Source: Wallemia ichthyophaga EXF-994
Lineage: Eukaryota; Fungi; Basidiomycota
Direction: 5' to 3'
Assembly (NCBI RefSeq): GCF_000400465.1
Contig: NW_008806292.1
Coordinates: 30,001-62,000 of the forward strand
Length of the DNA: 32,000 nt
Position numbers and translations under genes: made by a program. Below are positions 13,782 through 24,554 of this stretch, in pieces (within the stretch, counting starts at the first letter, position 1; every line of letters begins with the position of its first letter). The notes beneath the pieces were generated by a model. The model was not told the origin of the DNA. It made no database searches and was given only the letters and a program-made list of their open reading frames with translations.

Positions 13782-15251
13782 TTATATTAGTAGACACTCA
13801 TCGATTACAGAAATACCAAGAGCCACACCACCTTCATCACTCTGTCTAGATTTGGTTCGAAGGAGGTGACCAGCGTGCTCATTCCTTATAATGGTATGAT
13901 TGTTGAATAGCACCGAACCATAGATACCCAACTCTGATACCACATCCGCTTTGACAAGTTTATCGTCTGTATATCTAACTAAGTAGTTGTGGAGGTTTCC
14001 AGGTGGCTCAATTAGTTCCATTAGAATATACGAAGACAGTTCGTTGTCCTTGAGATTGTTTACGAAATCCACTATATCCTCCTTGTAGATGTTATTCCCA
14101 CCACCTTCTCTTTGAGGCTTAAGGACATATTTCTTGCACCTTTCTCTGTCAGCGACAATCGAGTGTGCAATTTTACCCTTTTCGCTCTGATCGAATGGAA
14201 GGATATCGACAAAGCACTTGTTTATTTTTCTAATTTGGGCAGGGTTGAGGTTTTTGCGCAAGACATGCTCATCTACTAATACCTGCTGCACTTTCTTACA
14301 TCCAGCCAACTGTAGAGCGAGAGTTGGACACTTGATCGCCAGACTGACTTCAATCATCCGTCTAACTCGCCAATCACGCTCACTTTTGTAATCTTCGGGT
14401 GCGTATCCAGCTCTGTAATACACAATGGATACCTCTATGCCTTTGACTTTGAGTACATTATCCTCACTCAATTTTGCTTGTTGGGATAATTGAGCAAATG
14501 TTCTTCTGATAATGCGAATGTTGCGTCGACTCAATTCGAATTCTAAAAGACGCTGATCAAAGACATTCCTCTCGTTTTCTTGAACGACGAAGAGAATGTA
14601 AGGAGAGTGTTTTGAGCGTAAGTAGCCAGATTTGTAAACTTGATGAGCGTGTTCAAAGCCGTCAACAATCTCATTAAGAGTGTTATTCTCTGCTAATTGA
14701 TTGTTTAGTAGAGGGTGTAAGTTGGCGTATCTAATATCATTGTAAAGGAATTGATGTAATTGATTTACTTTGTTTGATAAACCACCAAATGAAGATGCTA
14801 TGGTGTTAAATTCAACTTGAGAGATTCCCCTTATGTTCCCTTGAATGTCTGTCGACGTATTACACAGATAATCTGATCTAGACAGTAGTAATTGATTTGG
14901 TTGGCATATCTCACTTCTAATTTCCTTCCACAAGTTCCATAAAGATGCTTGAAACTTATCAAATGGAGATATCTCACTTAATATTTCATCAATGAATTCA
15001 ACATCACGTGCAATGTTAGCGTATAGTTCATTGAATGTAAGTCCAACGCTGTTTGCTTGATTGAATAGCTTCTTTGGGAATGGCGTTGGGAATAAGCTGA
15101 CTGGTGCTTGTATACAAGTATTACTCCTGACTTTATCCTCACCCTCCATAACCGGTGGTAACAATACTAGTCCATTACCTAAACAAAACCCTCTAACGTT
15201 ATCAATCAACTCTTTCTGATACTCTTGCTCAATTTTTGGTGGAAATTCCAT
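13782..15251 (-). CDS. GSH2: Glutathione synthetase (eukaryotic type)
   Basis: 489-aa single ORF with RSDYL, QVEFNTIASSFGGL, YYRAGYAP, LAGCKKVQQ, VLKPQREGGGNN, SELGIYG and EGGVALG. Confidence 0.96.
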   Translation of the reverse strand: MEFPPKIEQEYQKELIDNVRGFCLGNGLVLLPPVMEGEDKVRSNTCIQAPVSLFPTPFPKKLFNQANSVGLTFNELYANIARDVEFIDEILSEISPFDKFQASLWNLWKEIRSEICQPNQLLLSRSDYLCNTSTDIQGNIRGISQVEFNTIASSFGGLSNKVNQLHQFLYNDIRYANLHPLLNNQLAENNTLNEIVDGFEHAHQVYKSGYLRSKHSPYILFVVQENERNVFDQRLLEFELSRRNIRIIRRTFAQLSQQAKLSEDNVLKVKGIEVSIVYYRAGYAPEDYKSERDWRVRRMIEVSLAIKCPTLALQLAGCKKVQQVLVDEHVLRKNLNPAQIRKINKCFVDILPFDQSEKGKIAHSIVADRERCKKYVLKPQREGGGNNIYKEDIVDFVNNLKDNELSSYILMELIEPPGNLHNYLVRYTDDKLVKADVVSELGIYGSVLFNNHTIIRNEHAGHLLRTKSRQSDEGGVALGISVIDECLLI

Positions 15252-15421
15252 CGTCTATCTGTGTATCTGTGTGTCTGTGCGTAGATGTTGGTTGTCCTAT
15301 GAAAACCCAGAAATTATGTAATCAGGCACACCAGATATAATTACAGGCAAGATTTTTATTCAAATGCATTTCATTCTTTTGTAAGACAAAACAAGTGAAA
15401 ATATTACTCGGAACTAACATT

Positions 15422-16905
15422 TTACTTCTTCTTGGTTGCCTTCTCAGCAGCCTTGGTGGTCTTACCACCCTTCTCAGTCTTCTCAACTGACTTGATAACA
15501 CCAACAGCAACAGTTTGACGCATGTCACGGACAGCGAAACGACCAAGTGGTGGGTAGTCCATGTATGACTCAACACACATTGGCTTGGTTGGGGTGAGCT
15601 TGATGATAGATGCATCACCTGACTTGACGAACTTAGGTGATTCTTCAACAGTCTTACCGGTACGTCTGTCGATCTTCTCAAGGAGTTCAGCGAATCTACA
15701 GGCAATGTGGGCGGTGTGACAGTCAAGGACTGGTGAGTAACCAGCACCAACTTGACCTGGGTGGTTGAGGATAATGACTTGAGCGTTGAATGATGCAGCC
15801 TCCTTTGCTGGGTCGTTCTTGGAGTCAGATGCAACGTTACCACGACGAATATCCTTAACGGAAACGTTCTTGACGTTGAAACCAACGTTGTCACCTGGTT
15901 GACCAGCTTCTAATTGCTCGTGGTGCATTTCAACCGACTTAACTTCAGTGGTGACGGCTGATGGTGCAAAAGTGACAACCATACCTGGCTTAATTTGACC
16001 AGTCTCAACACGACCAACTGGCACAGTACCAATACCACCAATCTTGTAAACATCTTGCAATGGAAGACGGAGTGGCTTGTCAGTTGGACGGCTTGGTGGC
16101 TCAATAGAGTCAATAGCCTCAATGAGAGTCTTACCGCTGAGCTTACCGCTCTTGGTTTCACGCTCCCATCCCTTGTACCATGGCATGTTGGTAGATGGTT
16201 CAAGCATGTTGTCACCGTTCCATCCAGAAACTGGAACGAAAGCGGTGGCCTTAGGGTTGTAACCGACCTTCTTGATGAAGTTGGAGGTTTCCTTGACAAT
16301 TTCAGTGTAACGAGCCTCTGAGTATTGACAGGTGTCCATCTTGTTGAGTGCAACAATGAGTTGCTTGACACCGAGAGTGAATGAGAGGAGGGCGTGCTCA
16401 CGGGTTTGACCGTCCTTGGAGATACCAGCCTCGAATTCACCAGTACCAGAACCAATGATAAGGATACCACAGTCAGCTGGGGTATTTTATTAGCTTATAT
16501 TGTTTTTGAGAAGATTTTCACCAACCTTGAGAGGTACCAGTAATCATGTTCTTGATGAAATCTCTGTGACCTGGGGCATCAATGACAGTGACGTTGTACT
16601 TTGGTGTTTCGAATCTCCAGAGAGCGATATCGATGGTAATACCACGCTCACGCTCAGCCTTCAGCTTGTCGAGAACCCAAGCGTACTTGAAGGAACCCTT
16701 ACCGAGTTCAGCGGCTTCCTTTTCGAACTTCTCAATGGTACGCTTGTCGATACCACCACATTGGTAGATCAAGTGACCAGTGGTGGTCGACTTTCCGGAA
16801 TCGACGTGACCGATAACGACAACGTTAAGGTGGAGCTTCTCCTGTGAGGCGCTGCGTCAGTTATAATGCTTTCATCGTACGCCTGCCGCCACTCACTTTA
16901 CCCAT
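15422..16905 (-). CDS. TEF1: Translation elongation factor 1-alpha
   Basis: Exons 16897-16905, 16526-16841, 15422-16476; introns 16842-16896 and 16477-16525. [53 protein letters not shown]; 459 aa. Confidence 0.98.
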
Positions 16906-17185
16906 TATATGAACGTATGCTTAAAAAGAAGATTTTGGAGAGCATCACAAATTTATAGAGCAAATTTTAAATTTTAAAACGGGTCGCTTTCCTGGTAGAG
17001 GGCTGCAGTATTGGTGATTTTGCCTAAATATTACACGCCTTATCCTTATTGCTCTTTGGTTGTGCAGTTGGCCTGTCACCGCGAGTTGACTCTCAAGTTT
17101 AGGTTGTAATAATGATCAAATGTATTCGCTTTGCGTTAAGGTATAAATATCAGCTCAATGGTATTCTCAGCATTTCAGAAATCAT

Positions 17186-18022
17186 TCAAAGGCCCTGTGC
17201 GTTGAGGAATATACGCTCTATCTCAACTGGCTTGTGGAAACGACAGTCGATAAATACATCTCTTGTAAAGGCGTTCTTTATCTTTTTGACCGGTTTCTTG
17301 ACCTTGTTCCCCATGTGAATATCCCTTTTTGGATGCCTTGTGCCCAGGGTGTCATCTCGAGATTCGCTCAAAATGACAGCCCAGCGATGAACATAACTCT
17401 TCTTCAGCTTCGAATCACCCTTGAAGCTGATATTTGAGAACGCCTCAATCAATTTAACATTTTCCTCAACACTGAATCCAGATATTTCCCCAAATCTGAT
17501 CTGATAGTACTGTAATTTACCTGTATTTTTCACCACACGATTCTTATACCTTTTTGCTGTCTTGCGAATGTTCTTGCAATTTATTATACCACTCACTTCG
17601 ATATTCAATTCCTCAAGAAAAATTTCACATTTGTTGATTATAAAGTCATTTCGTTCAATGTACTGATTAGCGATAGTGTTAAGATCATTGTAAGATTGTG
17701 CACTTGATATTTCATTCACATCAATGCCGAGTTTGTTGATAACGTGCATCAGCTTCGGATTTATTTGTTGAGTGACAGTGGGTGCTGGGATTGAAATGGT
17801 ATTGGGATTGACATCAGATATTGCATCAGATGCGGCGCTTAAGTGAGCGCTGTCAAATTCTTCATCGCTGTCCGTGTCTTCAAATACATCAATGCCGATA
17901 GAGTTTATGTTATAGCCGCTGGAGTTGCCTATAGTCGTCGCATTAGTCGACACATACGATGAGAATGAACCCGATAAGCCATTCTTGTTCGCCGGAGTTG
18001 GTGATCTTGATATCTCATTCAT
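17186..18022 (-). CDS. Hypothetical orphan protein (~278 aa)
   Basis: Intronless, AT-rich ORF (track 17186..18037; first ATG at 18022). S/N/D-rich N-terminus, basic C-terminal half. No family recognised. Confidence 0.6.
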   Translation of the reverse strand: MNEISRSPTPANKNGLSGSFSSYVSTNATTIGNSSGYNINSIGIDVFEDTDSDEEFDSAHLSAASDAISDVNPNTISIPAPTVTQQINPKLMHVINKLGIDVNEISSAQSYNDLNTIANQYIERNDFIINKCEIFLEELNIEVSGIINCKNIRKTAKRYKNRVVKNTGKLQYYQIRFGEISGFSVEENVKLIEAFSNISFKGDSKLKKSYVHRWAVILSESRDDTLGTRHPKRDIHMGNKVKKPVKKIKNAFTRDVFIDCRFHKPVEIERIFLNAQGL

Positions 18023-18554
18023 TTTCCTATTCCTCACTGCTCTGTTGTCTGTTATGAAGAGGCTTGAGTTGGTGAGAGCGTGCTTTTATGTGATCGAGCA
18101 GCGGCTGAAGTTAGACAAACAAATAATATCATAATGACACCTAATGACCCCTCTTATCACAATCTTGGCGCATCCTGCACAAAGCCAAAATTCTATACAC
18201 GGCTAAAATGACAAACAAATATGAATCGCTGAAAACAGTACAGTGTATATTTTTCGAACACTCCAAAACATACTGAATCTCTTCAACTAGACTCAATACG
18301 TCCTTTGATCGTTAAACAATTGCTAACCATTTCCCTTTTACCCTCATCAACCTTCTGTTTGTAGTCAATATCGCTTGTGCAGCTATCTTCCAATATTATT
18401 TATCCTCTTACAATGTTAGCACACCTTGGATTTTGAAGTAGTTGTCGGATCTGAGGATAATCGTTTGGGAATTGCTTGCCAGCGTGGCTTTATCGAGTCT
18501 GAATTATTGCTTGAAGGTAAGTGGCTGGTAACCCTCTCAAACCTTAACCACCAA

Positions 18555-18887
18555 ATGAGCCATAACCGTACAAAGAAATTCAGAGCATGCTTAATGTGCA
18601 GCTATCTTCAAGAAGCAAGAGAATTTAAAAGCAAAGGATGTCCTAATTGCCCTTTTTTGGATATCGCAGGTAGTTCAGAGTCAGTGACGGATCACACTTC
18701 AGGTCAATTTGATGGAATAGTGGCACTTACAAAACCAAATGAAAGCTGGGTTGGAAAGTGGCAGAGAATAAATTCATGTATACCTGGATTGTACGCAGTA
18801 AAAGTTACAGGAAGGCTATCGGATAATATCGTTGAATATCTTCACTCAAAGAGCATTCCTTACAAGCCGCGGGATGAAATAGAGTAA
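18555..18887 (+). CDS. SPT4: Transcription elongation factor Spt4
   Basis: From ATG 18555: RACLMC..F...GCPNC zinc finger, T.SGQFDGIVA..PNESWVGKWQRI..PGLYAVKVTGRL. Confidence 0.94.
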   Translation: MSHNRTKKFRACLMCSYLQEAREFKSKGCPNCPFLDIAGSSESVTDHTSGQFDGIVALTKPNESWVGKWQRINSCIPGLYAVKVTGRLSDNIVEYLHSKSIPYKPRDEIE

Positions 18888-19759
18888 TTAAGCACCAGAT
18901 GCCTTATACGCTGCTACAATCAATTCAACTATCGCTTCAATTTCTCCTTGATTCTTCACTGATGTAAACACAGTTGGTCCATTATCACGCATCCTATCAG
19001 CATCTCTCTTCATTACGCCTAGATCTGCTCCAATATACTGTGCAATATCTACTTTGTTAACGACTAGCAAATCAGATTGCGATATCCCCGGTCCTCCTTT
19101 TCTAGGTATTTTATCACCACCGCTCACGTCAATTACGTAAATGATGTAGTCGGCTAGTTCTCTAGAGTAGTTGGCTGCTAGATTATCACCGCCTGATTCT
19201 ACGAGTAGAATATCAGTGTTAAAATCAACGTGCAACTGCTCAAGTGCGCCCATATTAGCTGAAATGTCTTCCCTGATAGCTGCATGAGGACAGCCACCTG
19301 TTTCGACAGCTCTGATTCTACCTGGTTCCAATGCCTTATTCTTTATCAAAAATTCTTGATCCTCTTTGGTGAATATATCGTTGGTGAGTGCTCCAATACT
19401 GAACTCCTCTCCAAGTCTCTTGCATAAGGCGAGCATCAACGCTGTTTTGCCCGATCCTACGGGGCTACGATGGTTATTAGAATGGTTTTATACTGAGCAT
19501 TTCACTCACCCGCCAATGCCAACAGTAAAAGCCCTTTCTGACCAATCACGCTCGTGGAAATCCGGCATGTCACGTTCAGTGAATTTACCTGCAGGTGGTG
19601 AGTGGAGTAATGTAGACTCTACATAAACAAACCTGGATGATCTAATACTTCATGTGTGTGACCGTGGTCTGTGTGTGAGTGTGCGTGCGTGTCGTTATCG
19701 TGGCTGTGTGTATTGCCGACGCTGCCAGTGTTTGCTGATCTTTTAACAAATGAAGCCAT
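18888..19759 (-). CDS. UREG: Urease accessory GTPase UreG with His-rich N-terminus
   Basis: Exons 19633-19759, 19510-19588, 18888-19464; introns 19589-19632 and 19465-19509. N-terminus [20 protein letters not shown]; P-loop GIGGPVGSGKT; ETGGCPH; ESGGDNL; NKVD. Confidence 0.95.
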
Positions 19760-19840
19760 CGTCGTTGCTTTTGAAGAATTTCCTTATTCGACCACGTATC
19801 CGGAGTTCAATTCCGACGAAGAATCGTTATCTAAACTCCG

Positions 19841-20714
19841 ATGTTGGTTGATTATTCAGAGAGCGACTTGAGCGATGAGAGCAATGGCGGTGATCAGATG
19901 GTTGGTGTAGCAGGGAATACGCCACAAGTACCACAACTACCTGCGCCATTCCAGCCAAAATGTGTGTGTGATCGTATACGTATACGTTCACGCTTGTCTA
20001 ATACAAATTCAGTACCAAATGACAATCCAGCTCAACATCAAGGAAGAACTCGCTCAAAGCCATTCATTGAAGGTGCTTACTCTGCGCATGTCTTTCTATC
20101 TGTACCTTTCGAGTACAAATTACAAAAAATCCTGAGCGAGATTTATCAACATTTCACTTACAAGTACAAAAGCCTTCACTCACTATTCCCAAACGACCCA
20201 GACGTAGATAATGACTGCTATATTAGCCTCAGTCGCCCACTTTCTCTACGTTATCATCAGCTCAAGAAATTCAACAGCGATGTGGGCAGTGTATCGAAAC
20301 ATCATAGACCGTATGGCTTCTGAAATTATCCCTCAACAATCCAGCTAACGCAATCGCAGGATAACAATCTCATTCAGCCATCTCACAGTTTTATACAACG
20401 ATAACAAGACACGCGCTTTCGTCGTCATACCCGTTGTGGCTGGGTATAGCGATTTGAAACGGCTAGTAGATGAGCTCGATGATGGCCCTATAGATGCGCA
20501 TCACCAGGAAAAGTATTACGATCCTCCGATTTTTCACACTTCGATTGGTTGGCTGCTAACTGTGGATAATTTCGACGGGAGTAAGTTGGAAAATGATGTC
20601 AGTAAAGCGAATGAGCTGTTTCAACGTCACCTCAGATTGTTAGGTGCTCTCACTTGCTCAGTTGTTAATGTCAAGATTGCGAAGAATGTACACTCGTATG
20701 AATTGTCTGGGTAG
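19841..20714 (+). CDS. USB1: U6 snRNA phosphodiesterase Usb1 (2H family)
   Basis: Exons 19841-20310 and 20360-20714; intron 20311-20359. MLVDYSESD N-terminus, HQGRTRSKPFIEG, 'YISLSRP' (first 2H motif, altered), 'NDNKTRAF', 'FHTSIGW' (second 2H motif). Confidence 0.88.
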
Positions 20715-21078
20715 ATAAATGTAGAGCAGCTGGGAACTTCTAAATACATCTACCCAATTGCGCCCATCAGATTACGGTTTGTTCAGATTCATTTACCCTA
20801 TTAGAAACAAAGGTGACGGCGTAATAAAATTTTATTTCCACGAAATTGAAATATGAAGAAGATATATAGCCTGGGCTCGCTTAGGGTAACAGCAAAGTGC
20901 AGGTTTTGCATACGAGTTCAAGCGAATTTTTGTAGTTTGTAGTTTAAGTTTGCATAAGTAGGATAGACACAAAATAGTGTAAAAGCCTAATTCAAACCCC
21001 AATATTCATACACACCACCTTGAATACCCAAGACAATTCAAACGAGGGCTCAACATTTTCACTTCCCTTGAACACAAA

Positions 21079-21649
21079 ATGTCAGTATCGGTACCAGCAC
21101 CAAAGGATTTCAACGCGGAGACAGCGGGTAATTTGGATGATGTGAGTGGGGCGCTTTAAGTAAAATATATTATCTCAACGTAAACGCATACGTCCAGCTC
21201 GAGAAGCAATTCGCAGTAGCGGCAGTTGAGCACTCGGATGTGTACTGGAACTTGATAACCAAGATCAAACCATCTCTACTCAAGCTGACACCGATTGATG
21301 ATGAGATTCTCGCATCGTTCTACGAATCCTTCCCAGAGCTGCAGGGGGACAATATCATCAAATTGAATGAAGACGATATGAAGTCAGCCAAGGGCAAGGA
21401 AAGATGGAGAAACTGGATTATGCAGTGTGTTCAATGTTATCACTCGCATTGTTTGGCTGATTGGCTTCCAGATTCGAGAAGAAGGTCGACTTCTACAACT
21501 TTGGTTGTCTTTTACGCGCAGATGCTAGAGGAGAGTATTCGGAACATAACACAATGTTCGTAACCAGGATGCATTTCTACGCTGTCGAGATTGCTCGCAA
21601 TAGACTCGGTATCAATGACAAAATTTGGGAGAAGGCGCAGGGCAAATAA
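21079..21649 (+). CDS. PBDC1/Ypl225w (Chp1)-family protein, eEF1A folding chaperone family
   Basis: Exons 21079-21141, 21198-21424, 21472-21649. LEKQFAVAAVEH..YWNLI..LKLTPIDDEI, K..GKERWRNW, NFGCLLR, FVTRMHFYAVEIARNRLGIND. Confidence 0.85.
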
Positions 21650-21723
21650 GATGATTGCCATTTAAATAAAGACATAGAAAGCTCAACATGTATGAAATCA
21701 ACAGATAAATAAACACGACATCA

Positions 21724-23276
21724 TCACAACAAACCCTGCTTCTTGAGTTGATTATACGTCTTGATGTCATACACATTGCCTTGATCATCCTCCATCTCTT
21801 CCACTGTAGCACTAGCTTGGCTCTCCTGTCTACCCTGTAACTTGAGCTTCTCAGCCAGCGCCAAAGCATCAGCGATTTTTGTTATTTCATGGAAATGCTT
21901 CGTGTTGGGCAAACCGAGTGCTCGCATACCGTACGCATGTGTGCCTTCTTGGAAATGCTTTTCAAAGTTTTTGCGCCCGTTGTAGACCTTACCAGAGCAG
22001 ATCTCACACTCATACTCTACACCTAAACCATGCAGCTTGAAGAGCCAGAAAGGTATTGGCTTACCATCCCAACCGAGTGGTAGTTTGAGTGGATTGTAGA
22101 TTTTGCCTTCGTCATCTTTCTCCTCTTCAACAACCTGCTCCATCGGATTGGCTTTGTACTCCTCGTACTCGGCTTCTTCGAGTTCTTGCTCTCTCTCACG
22201 TGCAGTGAGTGCCGACTTGCGTTCAACTTCTGCTTTTGTGTCCTTTCTTACACCCGCTAATATAGTTGCATATAGTCTTATTAGTGCTTCTTGAGAAGCT
22301 AGTGTCCTGTCTTTAGATTTTCTCAACAGGGATAGCTTGTCGCCGTGAGTATGAGGGGGAGTATGAGAATCTGCTGAAGATGGTTGAGTGGATTCACCAC
22401 TCTGCTCCAATCTCTTTAGAGCATTTTGATATTTTTTTGACTTTTTTACGTTGTTGTAGACATTAACGTTGGTGTAGGTACGCTGCATGACGGGATCCCA
22501 GATGCCCTGTTCGACTGATTCATCTTCCTGCTTGGACCAACCAGGAGCTGTTCCAGACTTCCATTGCTCGTCGAATTTAGATAAAGCGTCAGCTTGAATA
22601 GCGCTGTAATCATCTAATGGCCTTGAACGGTGAAGGAAAGATTCGAGGTAGGAGACTAAGGAATTGAGGTAGTCAGCATAGCTTGATTGTCTCTTTACAA
22701 GAAGAGGTAAATCCTCAACCTGCTCGTAATCATCGAGGAATTCGAGGTAATTGAGCCTCTTTGGGATGTTTTTGAGGTTAATATATTGTTCGTGTGGGAG
22801 ATGTAAATCGAGGTATTTCCCGTAAGCTTCCTCACCGGAGAAGACTGAGCTGATAGCGTCATTATCGAGCTCCTCTGTGAAACCATCCAATTCCATTGCG
22901 AAAGGGTCAATCGGAGTGTTTGGGTTGTTTCTATGGTAATCTTTGATAGATGACAGCCTATCGTAGAAGCCATTTAAATCGTCTGCGACCTGTGAAGTTC
23001 CAATTATCGTCAATTCTTCCTCTCTTTCATTCGATTTGTATGATTTCTTAAGGAATTCCCTCCTTGCGATCATCCTCGACGTAATTTTAGACATTTGATG
23101 CTTCTGCGCCATTTGCTTCTTTTGCTGTGGGTGAGTCCGTCAGTCCATGTTCTTTGCCCGTGATTTAGCCAGCCACCCACGCCTTTAGCAGTATCTAAGA
23201 ATAATTCCACCAAATAATCCTCATACTTGTCTATCTCTGCGTGTGCGTTCCGTTCATCTTCAATGACGGTATTCAT
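21724..23276 (-). CDS. PRP9: U2 snRNP splicing factor SF3a60/Prp9
   Basis: Exons 23181-23276 and 21724-23124; intron 23125-23180. FSGEEAYGKYLDLH, YNPLKLPLGWDGKPIPFWLFKLHGLGVEYECEICSG, FEKHFQE..HAYGMRALG, EEMEDDQGNV. Confidence 0.95.
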
Positions 23277-23343
23277 GATGACGGTATCAAACAAACATAT
23301 ATTTTTACATTTTAAACAATTTTCATTATTTTAATTCTATTTC

Positions 23344-24510
23344 TCAGTTCTGCGGCTGTCTTTGTCCTGTTGACAAGTATTAGTGTGTATGCACCCACGT
23401 AGACCATCAAACTCACGTCCTTGTGCCATCTTATTTGGACATTGATTGGCGTAGTGGCCGTGCTGTCCACACTTGAAGCACAATATGTTCTCTAATCCAC
23501 GTCGCACTTGTGCATTTTGACTGTCCCGTGGCTTCTGATTTACATTTCTGATGAAAGGCTCTCCAGGGCCTGATCCACTATTCGGCATAACCATCTTCTC
23601 TCCTTTATAAGACTGTGGTCTACCATGACTCACTCCACCTGGACCAATTCCATGCGCGATTCCTTGACCAGGCTCACCACCAAAGCCTGCACCGAATCTA
23701 CGCGACTCCCAAGGTCCTCTCTCATATGAGTAACCCATGTATCCAGGTGGAGGTCCGAGTTCAGGATCAGGTACTGGTGGTGGATCTGCGTCTTCTAGGC
23801 TGTATGGCTTTGGTAGTGTTGATTTTGGACTATTAAGCGTGTTAAAAGGGGAGGTTTGAGGGTAAACAAGCTACCCACTGTCCAAGTCCACATTCAGGAC
23901 CATCTGGACAATAACCAGCAAGATACGCTGCACATGCAGCTCGCCGTACGTGCTTGAATGGACAGAAAGGACCTCTTTTGCAAAAACCGCGCAAGTACTC
24001 TGGGCACTCGTTCTTACGACCCTCCTTGCTTGTATGTCTGTATAGACATTCTTCTCCGTTAGCGCACCACCCCCATTTCACAAACCACCAGCATTCAGGC
24101 ATCTTCCTGAGGTCATATTCGTGGAGGAACTCGCAAGCGTCGCCCTTCTTGCACAAACCCCTAAGCCAGTGCTTGCAGACTGTAACAGCGCGCCTATCGG
24201 GATGTCAGTGATGACTACGTCTTCTCCCAACTTACTCTCTCTCGCGTATGTTGGTGGGCAGCAGCGGCAATGGCTCGAAATTCTTCGGCGCGGGATCTGT
24301 ATGCCGATAAGGACAGCTGTAGCCGCGTGGACATCCCGTCGCTGTGAGGTTATCCTGGCATATCTGCGTATCTTGGGTGTGTGAGTGTGTGCTCAGCTTA
24401 CTCAGTCAACACTAACCTCTATCCAGCTTCAATCCCAGCTCCTGCTTAGCAAATCTCTCCAACTGGAAATTAAATTTATCAAAATTAGGCACTGTCTGTG
24501 TCTGCGCCAT
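23344..24510 (-). CDS. YTH1: CPSF30/Yth1 CCCH zinc-finger 3'-processing factor with a C-terminal CCHC knuckle
   Basis: Exons 24417-24510, 24236-24371, 23879-24193, 23417-23829, 23344-23366. VCKHWLRGLCKKGDACEFLHEYDLRKMPEC, five CCCH fingers, knuckle CFKCGQHGHYANQC. If the last intron is retained, the stop moves to 23337. Confidence 0.93.
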
Positions 24511-24554
24511 CAGTGTCACAAAGAAAGAAGCAAAAGGTGAATATTATCTTGTAT

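Noticed and set aside
18134-18554. Splice-like signals (TGCTAAC..GTAG at 18321-18364, GTAAGT at 18517, and a minus-strand GTATGT..TTTTCAG) upstream of SPT4 and the orphan
   Set aside because: No exon combination I tried gave a coherent ATG-initiated ORF. They may be UTR introns or chance matches.
20865-20935. Possible Pol III gene (GAGTTCAAG followed by a T-run)
   Set aside because: The A- and B-boxes do not match consensus and there is no cloverleaf or recognisable snRNA.
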